IMG/VR virus record: IMGVR_UViG_3300041964_000029
Location: 1,850-65,849 of that record
Source of the DNA: a virus
Lineage: Duplodnaviria > Caudoviricetes
Direction: 5' to 3' (one strand)
Length of the DNA stretch: 64,000 bases
Part shown: piece after piece, positions 1 to 10,448 of the stretch
Position numbering within the stretch: position 1 is the first letter of the stretch
How the letters are laid out: each line of letters starts with the position of its first letter
Notes under the pieces: generated by a model
The model's input: only the letters and a program-made list of their open reading frames with translations
Told to the model about the DNA's origin: nothing
The model's database searches: none
Position numbers and translations under genes: made by a program

Positions 1-7
1 AGAAGCA

Positions 8-388
8 TTGGTTCACTCTTATGTAGATGGTGAAGGTATCACCCATAAGGGTTTTATATCTGAAATGCATTTTAAGGAAGTTCAGAGAAATGATATAAAA
101 CCAGAGGAATTACAATCAACTTGGGAGGATTATTATTACCAAACTTTAACAAATCTTGCTGAAAAAGAAGGCAGTTTGGAAAAAGCAGAAAAACTCTTTC
201 AGGAATCATCACAGGAATTAATAGAGGGATATTTAGCAACACATTATCAACGTTTAAGAGATATGGCTGCTAAAGATCCTGAAAATAAACCCGCTAAAAA
301 AGAACGTTATAGAGATATGTTTGAAAAGCGGTTTGGTAAAAAGAAACATATTGATAATGTTTCAGATACAGATAAAAATCAACCGTAA
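8..388 (+). CDS. hypothetical protein, possible tail assembly chaperone (may start before the window)
   Basis: ORF directly upstream of the tape-measure gene; position only. Confidence 0.4.
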   Translation: MVHSYVDGEGITHKGFISEMHFKEVQRNDIKPEELQSTWEDYYYQTLTNLAEKEGSLEKAEKLFQESSQELIEGYLATHYQRLRDMAAKDPENKPAKKERYRDMFEKRFGKKKHIDNVSDTDKNQP

Positions 389-408
389 TTGTTAAAGAGT
401 CTTTAATT

Positions 409-3400
409 ATGTCTGATACAGTCTTAAAGTTTAGTACATCTGGTTTAAGAGAAACTATAGCAGATGTTAACAAATTAGCAGACTCACAAAAGCAACTTGA
501 AAAATTTCTCAAAGATGCTGCAAAAGCTTATCAGGCACAGGGTTTAAGTGTAGAAGAGGCTACGAGAAAAGCCAAAGATTATGCTGATAGTAATGGTATA
601 ACAGCAAAATCTTTTCAGCAATTAACAGCCGAACAAAAAAAGGCTGTAGAAGCTGCAAAACAACAGACACAAGCACAAAAAGAATTAGAAGCAGCTAAAA
701 AAGCAACACAGATACAATCTGAAAAAGAATTTGCAACAAATTCTAAGTTAAGCCAGCAAAAAGTTAAAGAGTCTTTAATTGCTCAAAGTCAAGCACAAAA
801 GGAGTTAACAGCATCTCAGAAGGCTCAACAGGTAGAAGCTGAGAAGATTTTTCAGACTAACGCCAAGCTGTCTGCTCAGAAGCTAAAGGAAGAGATAGCA
901 GCACAGGCACAGGCAGAGAAAGATCTAGCTGCTGCTCAGAAGGTTCAACAGGTAGAAGCTGAGAAGATTTTTCAGACTAACGCCAAGCTGTCTGCTCAGA
1001 AGCTAAAGGAAGAGATAGCAGCACAGGCACAGGCAGAGAAAGATCTAGCTGCTGCTCAGAAGGTTCAACAGGTAGAAGCTGAGAAGATTTTTCAGACTAA
1101 CGCCAAGCTGTCTGCTCAGAAGCTAAAGGAAGAGATAGCAGCACAGGCACAGGCAGAGAAAGATCTAGCTGCTGCTCAGAAGGTTCAACAGGTAGAAGCT
1201 GAGAAGATTTTTCAGACTAACGCCAAGCTGTCTGCTCAGAAGCTAAAGGAAGAGATAGCAGCACAGGCACAGGCAGAGAAAGATCTAGCTGCTGCTCAGA
1301 AGGTTCAACAGGTAGAAGCTGAGAAAATTTTTCAGACTAACGCCAAGCTGTCTGCTCAGAAGCTAAAGGAAGAGATAGCAGCACAGGCACAGGCAGAGAA
1401 AGATCTAGCTGCTGCTCAGAAGGCTCAACAGGTAGAAGCTGAGAAGATTTTTCAGACTAACGCCAAGCTGTCTGCTCAGAAGCTAAAGGAAGAGATAGCA
1501 GCACAGGCACAGGCAGAGAAAGATCTAGCTGCTGCTCAGAAGGCTCAACAGGTAGAAGCTGAGAAGATTTTTCAGACTAACGCCAAGCTGTCTGCTCAGA
1601 AGCTAAAGGAAGAGATAGCAGCACAGGCACAGGCAGAGAAAGATCTAGCTGCTGCTCAGAAGGCTCAACAGGTAGAAGCTGAGAAGATTTTTCAGACTAA
1701 CGCCAAGCTGTCTGCTCAGAAGCTAAAGGAAGAGATAGCAGCACAGGCACAGGCAGAGAAAGATCTAGCTGCTGCTCAGAAGGCTCAACAGGTAGAAGCT
1801 GAGAAGATTTTTCAGACTAACGCCAAGCTGTCTGCTCAGAAGCTAAAGGAAGAGATAGCAGCACAGGCACAGGCAGAGAAAGATCTAGCTGCTGCTCAGA
1901 AGGCTCAACAGGTAGAAGCTGAGAAGATTTTTCAGACTAACGCAAGCTGTCTGCTCAGAAGCTAAAGGAAGAGATAGCAGCACAGGCACAGGCAGAGAAA
2001 GATCTAGCTGCTGCTCAGAAGGCTCAACAGGTAGAAGCTGAGAAGATTTTTCAGACTAACGCCAAGCTGTCTGCTCAGAAGCTAAAGGAAGAGATAGCAG
2101 CACAGGCACAGGCAGAGAAAGATCTAGCTGCTGCTCAGAAGGCTCAACAGGTAGAAGCTGAGAAGATTTTTCAGACTAACGCCAAGCTGTCTGCTCAGAA
2201 GCTAAAGGAAGAGATAGCAGCACAGGCACAGGCAGAGAAAGATCTAGCTGCTGCTCAGAAGGCTCAACAGGTAGAAGCTGAGAAGATTTTCAGACTAACG
2301 CCAAGCTGTCTGCTCAGAAGCTAAAGGAAGAGATAGCAGCACAGGCACAGGCAGAGAAAGATCTAGCTGCTGCTCAGAAGGCTCAACAGGTAGAAGCTGA
2401 GAAGATTTTTCAGACTAACGCCAAGCTGTCTGCTCAGAAGCTAAAGGAAGAGATAGCAGCACAGGCACAGGCAGAGAAAGATCTAGCTGCTGCTCAGAAG
2501 GCTCAACAGGTAGAAGCTGAGAAGATTTTTCAGACTAACGCCAAGCTGTCTGCTCAGAAGCTAAAGGAAGAGATAGCAGCACAGGCACAGGCAGAGAAAG
2601 ATCTAGCTGCTGCTCAGAAGGCTCAACAGGTAGAAGCTGAGAAGATTTTTCAGACTAACGCCAAGCTGTCTGCTCAGAAGCTAAAGGAAGAGATAGCAGC
2701 ACAGGCACAGGCAGAGAAAGATCTAGCTGCTGCTCAGAAGGCTCAACAGGTAGAAGCTGAGAAGATTTTTCAGACTAACGCCAAGCTGTCTGCTCAGAAG
2801 CTAAAGGAAGAGATAGCAGCACAGGCACAGGCAGAGAAAGATCTAGCTGCTGCTCAGAAGGCTCAACAGGTAGAAGCTGAGAAGATTTTTCAGACTAACG
2901 CCAAGCTGTCTGCTCAGAAGCTAAAGGAAGAGATAGCAGCACAGGCACAGGCAGAGAAAGATCTAGCTGCTGCTCAGAAGGCTCAACAGGTAGAAGCTGA
3001 GAAGATTTTTCAGACTAACGCCAAGCTGTCTGCTCAGAAGCTAAAGGAAGAGATAGCAGCACAGGCACAGGCAGAGAAAGATCTAGCTGCTGCTCAGAAG
3101 GCTCAACAGGTAGAAGCTGAGAAGATTTTTCAGACTAACGCCAAGCTGTCTGCTCAGAAGCTAAAGGAAGAGATAGCAGCACAGGCACAGGCAGAGAAAG
3201 ATCTAGCTGCTGCTCAGAAGGCTCAACAGGTAGAAGCTGAGAAGATTTTTCAGACTAACGCCAAGCTGTCTGCTCAGAAGCTAAAGGAAGAGATAGCAGC
3301 ACAGGCACAGGCAGAGAAAGATCTAGCTGCTGCTCAGAAGGCTCAACAGGTAGAAGCTGAGAAGATTTTTCAGACTAACGCCAAGCTGTCTGCTCAGAAG

Positions 3401-6400
3401 CTAAAGGAAGAGATAGCAGCACAGGCACAGGCAGAGAAAGATCTAGCTGCTGCTCAGAAGGCTCAACAGGTAGAAGCTGAGAAGATTTTTCAGACTAACG
3501 CCAAGCTGTCTGCTCAGAAGCTAAAGGAAGAGATAGCAGCACAGGCACAGGCAGAGAAAGATCTAGCTGCTGCTCAGAAGGCTCAACAGGTAGAAGCTGA
3601 GAAGATTTTTCAGACTAACGCCAAGCTGTCTGCTCAGAAGCTAAAGGAAGAGATAGCAGCACAGGCACAGGCAGAGAAAGATCTAGCTGCTGCTCAGAAG
3701 GCTCAACAGGTAGAAGCTGAGAAGATTTTTCAGACTAACGCCAAGCTGTCTGCTCAGAAGCTAAAGGAAGAGATAGCAGCACAGGCACAGGCAGAGAAAG
3801 ATCTAGCTGCTGCTCAGAAGGCTCAACAGGTAGAAGCTGAGAAGATTTTTCAGACTAACGCCAAGCTGTCTGCTCAGAAGCTAAAGGAAGAGATAGCAGC
3901 ACAGGCACAGGCAGAGAAAGATCTAGCTGCTGCTCAGAAGGCTCAACAGGTAGAAGCTGAGAAGATTTTTCAGACTAACGCCAAGCTGTCTGCTCAGAAG
4001 CTAAAGGAAGAGATAGCAGCACAGGCACAGGCAGAGAAAGATCTAGCTGCTGCTCAGAAGGCTCAACAGGTAGAAGCTGAGAAGATTTTTCAGACTAACG
4101 CCAAGCTGTCTGCTCAGAAGCTAAAGGAAGAGATAGCAGCACAGGCACAGGCAGAGAAAGATCTAGCTGCTGCTCAGAAGGCTCAACAGGTAGAAGCTGA
4201 GAAGATTTTTCAGACTAACGCCAAGCTGTCTGCTCAGAAGCTAAAGGAAGAGATAGCAGCACAGGCACAGGCAGAGAAAGATCTAGCTGCTGCTCAGAAG
4301 GCTCAACAGGTAGAAGCTGAGAAGATTTTTCAGACTAACGCCAAGCTGTCTGCTCAGAAGCTAAAGGAAGAGATAGCAGCACAGGCACAGGCAGAGAAAG
4401 ATCTAGCTGCTGCTCAGAAGGCTCAACAGGTAGAAGCTGAGAAGATTTTTCAGACTAACGCCAAGCTGTCTGCTCAGAAGCTAAAGGAAGAGATAGCAGC
4501 ACAGGCACAGGCAGAGAAAGATCTAGCTGCTGCTCAGAAGGCTCAACAGGTAGAAGCTGAGAAGATTTTTCAGACTAACGCCAAGCTGTCTGCTCAGAAG
4601 CTAAAGGAAGAGATAGCAGCACAGGCACAGGCAGAGAAAGATCTAGCTGCTGCTCAGAAGGCTCAACAGGTAGAAGCTGAGAAGATTTTTCAGACTAACG
4701 CCAAGCTGTCTGCTCAGAAGCTAAAGGAAGAGATAGCAGCACAGGCACAGGCAGAGAAAGATCTAGCTGCTGCTCAGAAGGCTCGAACAATTGAGGCACA
4801 AAAACAGTTTGAATTGAATGCTAGATTAACGGCTCAAAAGGTTAAAGAGTCTTTAACAGCAGAAGCGCAAGCGCAAAGGGAATCAGCAAAAGCTGCGAAA
4901 GAAGCAGCCGATCAAAAACAAAAAGCTGTTAAAGCCACTAACGATTTAGCTGTAAGTTTGAAGGGTAATCAAACAGCGATAACAGCAGTTACACAAGCTT
5001 TTAAAGGTGATTCCTTAGCGGCAAATGAAGCTGTTAATACTTATAAAAAGCTTCAGAGCGCTGGTGTAGAATTAACAAACATTCAGAAACAATTATCTAC
5101 ACAGTTAAAAATTACATCCGATCAATTTGATACAATTAACAATACACCTGTTAATAAGAATTTTGTTAAAAGCGAATCTGAAAAACAGGAAGCTTTGCAG
5201 AACACAGCTATAGTTGGTACTGCTGTAGCTGGTACTATAGGAGTAGGTTTATTAAAGGGAACTAAAGATTTTATTGCTTATGAAGACGCAATAAAAAAGG
5301 TTGGTATAACGGCTGAAATATTTGGCACAGAAAAGTTAGCTAATTTTGAAAAAACTGTAACAAAATTGGGGCAAGCAACAGCTAAAACACCCCAAGAAAT
5401 TGCTAATGTTTCTATCGAATTAGTTAGAGCAGGTTTTAGTATAGAAGAAACTGCAAAAGCGCTACCATCATTAATTGATGGTTCTCTTGCGTCTGGTGCA
5501 AGTTTGAGTAGTATAGGCGATATTGCAGCAAAAGCAGTAAGGCAATTTGGCTTAACAGCTAATGATATTCCAAGAGTTATTGATGCTTTAGTTGGTGCTG
5601 CTAACGCTGGTAATGTATCTGTAGAATCATTAGGAGAATCATTAAAGTATGTAGGTGTATCTGGTAGAGAAGCTAATCAGCCTGTAGAAGATGTTATTGG
5701 TCTATTAACGCTATTAGGTGATGCTGCTTTACAAGGTGGACAAGGTGGCAGAAACTTAGACACAGCATTGACAAGGCTTAAAATCGCGTCAGCAGAAGCG
5801 AATCCGGAGGTTATGAGCCTTGTTAGAGGTAGCGCTAGAATGCGTGAAGCATTCGATTTATTAGGTGTAAGTATTAGAGATGCTGACACTAAACAATTAA
5901 AGCCACTATTGCAAACTTTACCAGTTATCAAAGCACAGCTTTCAAAGTTTGATAAAGGTGAAAGGGATATAATTCTAAAAGCTTTATTCGATACTGAAGG
6001 TGGAAGGGCTGTTGGTGCATTATTAACACGAACACAAGCTGATATTGATAAAGTAGAAAAAGCATCTAGAAATTTAGGTGTAGCTGCAAAAGCTGGTAAA
6101 GACTCTTTAAGCGGTTTAAGCGGTGCTACTGTTCAACTTGATTCCAGTTTATCAACATTATCGATCGCTACAGGTAAATTGCAATCGAGTGCATTAGAGC
6201 CTTTAGCGTTAACGGCTAAAGACTTAATTAATACTTTTTTAGCTTCACCTCCGATAGTTCAACAATTAGTATTTGGTGTCACTGTTTTAACAGGTGCTAT
6301 AGCAGCCGCGATCGCTGTTACTGCAACTTACCAGTTACTAAAAATTAGTGAAGCTGCTGCAACTGTCGCAGAAACAGCAGCAACGATTTTAAGTACAGGT

Positions 6401-8881
6401 GCTACAAAAGCAGCAACAGCAGCTAAATTCTTATTTAACACACAAATTACTTTAGCTGGTGCTAATCAATTAAAATTATCGGCTCAAACGGCTATTAGCT
6501 CAATTGCTACGCAAGTATTCACAGGTAATACTATTACGGCTACAGGTGCGCTAGGTGGGTTAAAGTTTGCTCTGTTGTCTGTTTTAGCACCTCTAGCGGT
6601 ATTAGGTGCTGGTGCTGCTGTAGTTGGCATTGTGAAGACTACAGAGGCATTACAAGAGCAAAACGATATATTAGAAGTGTTAAACGCTAGGACGGCAATA
6701 GTAAGCGATGTTGGCTTAAACGCTCAACAAAAACTAAAAGCTGCGATTGATTCGGTTAATGCATCAAGACAAAAGGGTTTAGCAATAACTGAACAGGAAA
6801 AACAAAATGCTAAAGAGTCTTTAGCAAATGCTGAAAAGGCTTTAACACTACTTAAACAACAATTAGATGATGCTCAGAAAACACCGGAAGTTAAAAATAC
6901 AGGTTTTAGAAAAGCACTTGATTTTGTAACAACAGGTGAGATAGATTCGAAAGGTAATGTAAGCGTAACCAGTTCAGCAGATGCCCAAAATAAAAATCGT
7001 GAAACAAACATCAATCTAATTAAAAGACAGATTGAAGCAATTGAAGCACAAAAAGCAACTTTAGCAAGTGCTATTGATCCAATTATTAAAGAAGGTGATG
7101 CAACCAAGAAAAATACAGAATCTAAAAAAGAATCGAAAGAGAGAATACAAGATGAAACCCAAGAAATTAAACGGAATGCTGATGCAATAAAAGCAAGTGA
7201 AACGATAAAAGAAAGAGCAAGTGAACGAGATAGATCAAGACAATTAGAAAAAGAAAAACGTGTTAGAGCTAAAACAGAAGATAAGGCGATCGATACAATT
7301 AAGGATCAGGAATCAAAAGAAACTGATGCACTAAAAGCAATACAAGAAAAAGAAATAAATGAACTAAGAAAAAGAAACGAAATAGAAATAGAAACGGCTA
7401 AAAAAGCATTTGAAAATGATGTTCTAAATCCACTTAGGAAAAATAATGATGCAGAAATTAGAGAATTAAATAAAGATTTTAATACTCAAGAAAACACGAT
7501 TAAACGATCAAATGAAGCTGTTATTCGTAATGAACAAAAATCATTTAATGATCGTGAAAGATCTGTTGCAAGAGCCTTTCAAAATGATCTAAATAATGAT
7601 CGTAAATCATTAGAACGTACACTTAACGCTGAAAAATCAGCATTAGAAAAAACATTAAATAGTGAAAAGAAAGCGTTTGATTCTACCTTAAATGGTGCTA
7701 GTAAAGCGTTTGAATCTGGTATTACTAAAGATCAAAGTAAAGTTGATCGAACACTTAAACTCGAAGATCCTGAATTAGATGCAAAAGCAAAAGCAAAATT
7801 AAAAGAAGATTTTGCAAAAGAAGATACTTTAGCACTACGACGCGAACAATTACAAGCGCCAATAGAAGCTAAAAAGATAGCTTTTGAAGAGGCTCAAAAC
7901 AAGAAAAAAGAAGAGTTTGAAGAGGCACAGAATAAGAAAAAAGAATTATTAGAAGAGGCTCAAAACAAGAAAAAAGAAGAGTTTGAAGAGGCTCAAAACA
8001 AGAAAAAAGAAGAGTTTGAAGAGGCACAGAATAAGAAAAAAGAAGAGTTTGAAGTTAATGTTATTACACCGCTTAAATTACAACAGGATGAAGCATTAGC
8101 AAATGCACGATTAAGCTTTGAAGATAAGGTTATTACACCACTTAAACTTAAGCAGCAAGAGCAAATAAATAATACTAGTTTAGCTTTTGAGGAAAAAACA
8201 CTCAACCCAATAAGGCTAAAACTTGCTGATGCAATCGCAGTTAAAAATGCAAAAAATGAGGAAGCAATTCAAAAAATCAAAGATAGATATGAGAAAACTT
8301 TAGAAGCTAGAAAAGAAAAATTTGACGATAAAGAACGCAAGTTAGATGATATTGCCCAAGATGCAGCAGAAAAAAGAAAAGAGGCATTTAACAATAAACA
8401 GCGTAACGCTGATATTGCAACGGCTGAAAGAATTGAAGCGATTAGAAATAAAACTAAAGTTGATGGAGATAAAACGCCAACTACTACACCAACACAAACC
8501 AATCGGCAAACTATACAAGGCAGAAGGTATGGAGGTAATGTTAAAGCTAATACACCTTATCAAATTTTTGATGATGGTAAATCTACACCGGAAATTTTTA
8601 TACCGGATGCCAATGGTAGTGTTTTAACACAACAGCAAGTTAGGCAGAATTTAGCAGCCTTACAACGTGTAGGACAGGCAAAATTCAATACACCTCAACA
8701 GGTACAATCAATCAATCAAAACGGTCAATTATTAGCAGAAATTCAAATGCTAAGGAATACGATTGAATCTAGATCGCCAAATATGACTGTACCTGTAACA
8801 TTCAAATCAGATGATAATGGATACAGAAGTTATGATCGAATGATTAAATTGCAGATGGCGCATCTACGATCAACTATTTAA
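409..8881 (+). CDS. tail tape measure protein (about 2824 aa once two 1-bp deletions near 1943 and 2290 are restored)
   Basis: ORFs 409-1965 and 4814-8881 join in frame if the two repeat copies lacking one base are corrected; TP901-like TMP core (TAKTPQEIANVSIELVRAGFS, NVSVESLGESLKYVG, GGQGGRNL); Ala-rich TM-like segment; coiled-coil C-terminus. Confidence 0.9.
814..4785 (+). repeat. 120-bp (40-aa) tandem repeat, about 33 near-identical copies, inside the tape-measure gene
   Basis: Unit encodes AQK(A/V)QQVEAEKIFQTNAKLSAQKLKEEIAAQAQAEKDLAA; 120-nt period visible line by line. Confidence 0.98.
7882..8053 (+). repeat. 33-bp (11-aa FEEAQNKKKEE) tandem repeat x5 in the tape-measure C-terminus
   Basis: gaagaggc(t/a)ca(a/g)aa(c/t)aagaaaaaagaa repeated. 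Confidence 0.9.
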
Positions 8882-8899
8882 TTAAAGAGTCTTTAACAA

Positions 8900-9403
8900 A
8901 TGATTGTAACTTATGGTGCTGGCATTGTTGAAAATGATCCGTATCTCTTCACTAAGAAGATCAAACTCTCTCACCCATCTACAAACGTTCAATTATTAAT
9001 AACAGAAATTGAGAGTTATAACGGAAATCCAAATGAGTTTCTGTCAGCAGAGGGACGGACAATTGGTGGAGGATTGCAAATTGTTGGAGGTACATATCCA
9101 CCACCTAAACAGATTGTCATTAGTTGCACATTAACACTATTACAAAAAAATGCTTTTGACATATTGAAAAGATTTCAAGATTATTCAAAAATACCAATAA
9201 CAATCGCTGATGAGTTTGAACCGATTCAATATATACCAACGTTGATGATTCCTCCTAATTGGCTAGCAGGACACCCTACAACGAACGCGCTAGGCTTTCA
9301 TGAAGGTTATGCCGCTTTTCTAGTTTGGGTTGATATAGACGGCAATTATGCAACCATAGACGGTGATGCTTATAAAGTTCAATTCAGTGCAAAACAAACA
9401 TAA
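8900..9403 (+). CDS. putative distal tail protein
   Basis: 167 aa directly after the TMP; position only. Confidence 0.45.
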   Translation: MIVTYGAGIVENDPYLFTKKIKLSHPSTNVQLLITEIESYNGNPNEFLSAEGRTIGGGLQIVGGTYPPPKQIVISCTLTLLQKNAFDILKRFQDYSKIPITIADEFEPIQYIPTLMIPPNWLAGHPTTNALGFHEGYAAFLVWVDIDGNYATIDGDAYKVQFSAKQT

Positions 9404-9435
9404 AAAAGTTCATAGGGTTAAACCCTATGAACTAT
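9402..9435. terminator. hairpin terminator between convergent genes
   Basis: agttcatagggtt-a-aaccctatgaact with an A-tract on the left. Confidence 0.75.
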
Positions 9436-9472
9436 AACATTCTTCAGAATAGATGTAGATGCACCTGAAGTC

Positions 9473-9778
9473 TTAAGTGTAATTCTCTCCGTTTCTATCA
9501 GGAATCATATCCGATAGATTAGAACTAGCAGCCGTATTTACCACATTACTTATAGCTGCTGCTGATTGAATCTTTTCATAGATGTTTCTAGCAACTGGTG
9601 ATGTTAGCTGTGGTGTAACATTTACACCATATAACTGTAAGATTGGTAAAAGTCCTAACACCAATTGGCTGATTTCTTCATTTGATAGTTTCCTATCTTT
9701 CATTATTTCTTCAAGCGTACCTAACCACGTAACAAATAGCATAACCGCTTGTGATTGTCTGAAAAAATTCTTTACCAT
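9473..9778 (-). CDS. hypothetical protein with hydrophobic segments
   Basis: 101-aa ORF with caggaatcacaATG leader; last gene of the portal unit. Confidence 0.6.
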   Translation of the reverse strand: MVKNFFRQSQAVMLFVTWLGTLEEIMKDRKLSNEEISQLVLGLLPILQLYGVNVTPQLTSPVARNIYEKIQSAAAISNVVNTAASSNLSDMIPDRNGENYT

Positions 9779-9789
9779 TGTGATTCCTG

Positions 9790-10422
9790 TTATGGTTTAT
9801 CTGTGTAATATTCTACTGTACATTTGCACCGTGATCCACAGCTACAAGCTTCTTTAGGTAGAATTAATTCAACAATGTCAATAACTCCTAATGCTGCATA
9901 TGATGAACATTCAACACATGGAGTAGTAGAGTTTAAAAATCGTTGAGCATACTTGTAGTCCGTTTCAATATGATTATTTTTTAGACCTTTTTCATAACTG
10001 ATTTCTGATGCTTTTACATATTTATTTAGTCTGTCAAAAAATCCTTTTTTAGTTATTTCATAATTTTGTCCGTTCTTTATGTTGTAGCCTCTATTTAAGT
10101 CTTTTGTAAAATCCCTTAAATGCTTATATTCGTTTTTTAATGTTCTCCCTAATTCTGCATAGTCTTTAGAAGTAACATTATTTTTTCCACCTCTAGCCAA
10201 TAACAAATTGGCTAAATGTAACTCTTTTAATTCCTCTCTAGTTCTTAATTGCCATTCTAAAAGACTAATCTTTTGAGTTAATAATTTCTCACCTATTTGG
10301 TTAACCCTAGTTTTTCCATCTTCTAAATGTAATTTCAATAAGGATTTTAATTCTTTATCGGTAACAGCAGATCCATCATCTTTTATATACTGTTTTTTTC
10401 CATCGTTCCATCTAATACCCAT
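9790..10422 (-). CDS. MuF-like minor head morphogenesis protein
   Basis: Follows the portal; C-terminal CxxC...CSCGSRCKC resembles the MuF CxC tail motif. Confidence 0.7.
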   Translation of the reverse strand: MGIRWNDGKKQYIKDDGSAVTDKELKSLLKLHLEDGKTRVNQIGEKLLTQKISLLEWQLRTREELKELHLANLLLARGGKNNVTSKDYAELGRTLKNEYKHLRDFTKDLNRGYNIKNGQNYEITKKGFFDRLNKYVKASEISYEKGLKNNHIETDYKYAQRFLNSTTPCVECSSYAALGVIDIVELILPKEACSCGSRCKCTVEYYTDKP

Positions 10423-10448
10423 CTTTTATTAATTCCATTAAAGACTCT

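Noticed and set aside
392-406. TTAA-AGAGTCT-TTAA as a transposon footprint with TTAA target duplication
   Set aside because: No transposase is seen, the outer T/A positions vary among copies while the 13-bp core is kept, and the placement within promoters fits a binding site better. Not fully excluded given the split gene at 58789.
1940-2292. Two frameshifts in the tape-measure gene as programmed frameshifting or pseudogenisation
   Set aside because: Each is a 1-bp loss in a short homopolymer (cc to c, ttttt to tttt) in one of 33 otherwise identical units, and together they account exactly for the frame offset. This is typical of long-read error in an essential gene.
814-4785. 120-bp tandem array as a CRISPR or non-coding satellite
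   Set aside because: No unique spacers; the unit is a multiple of 3, open in the TMP frame and continuous with coding sequence on both sides.
5677-8627. Short antisense or alternate-frame ORFs inside the TMP, and similar ones inside other long genes
   Set aside because: Shadow ORFs of long coding regions with no RBS or recognisable motifs.
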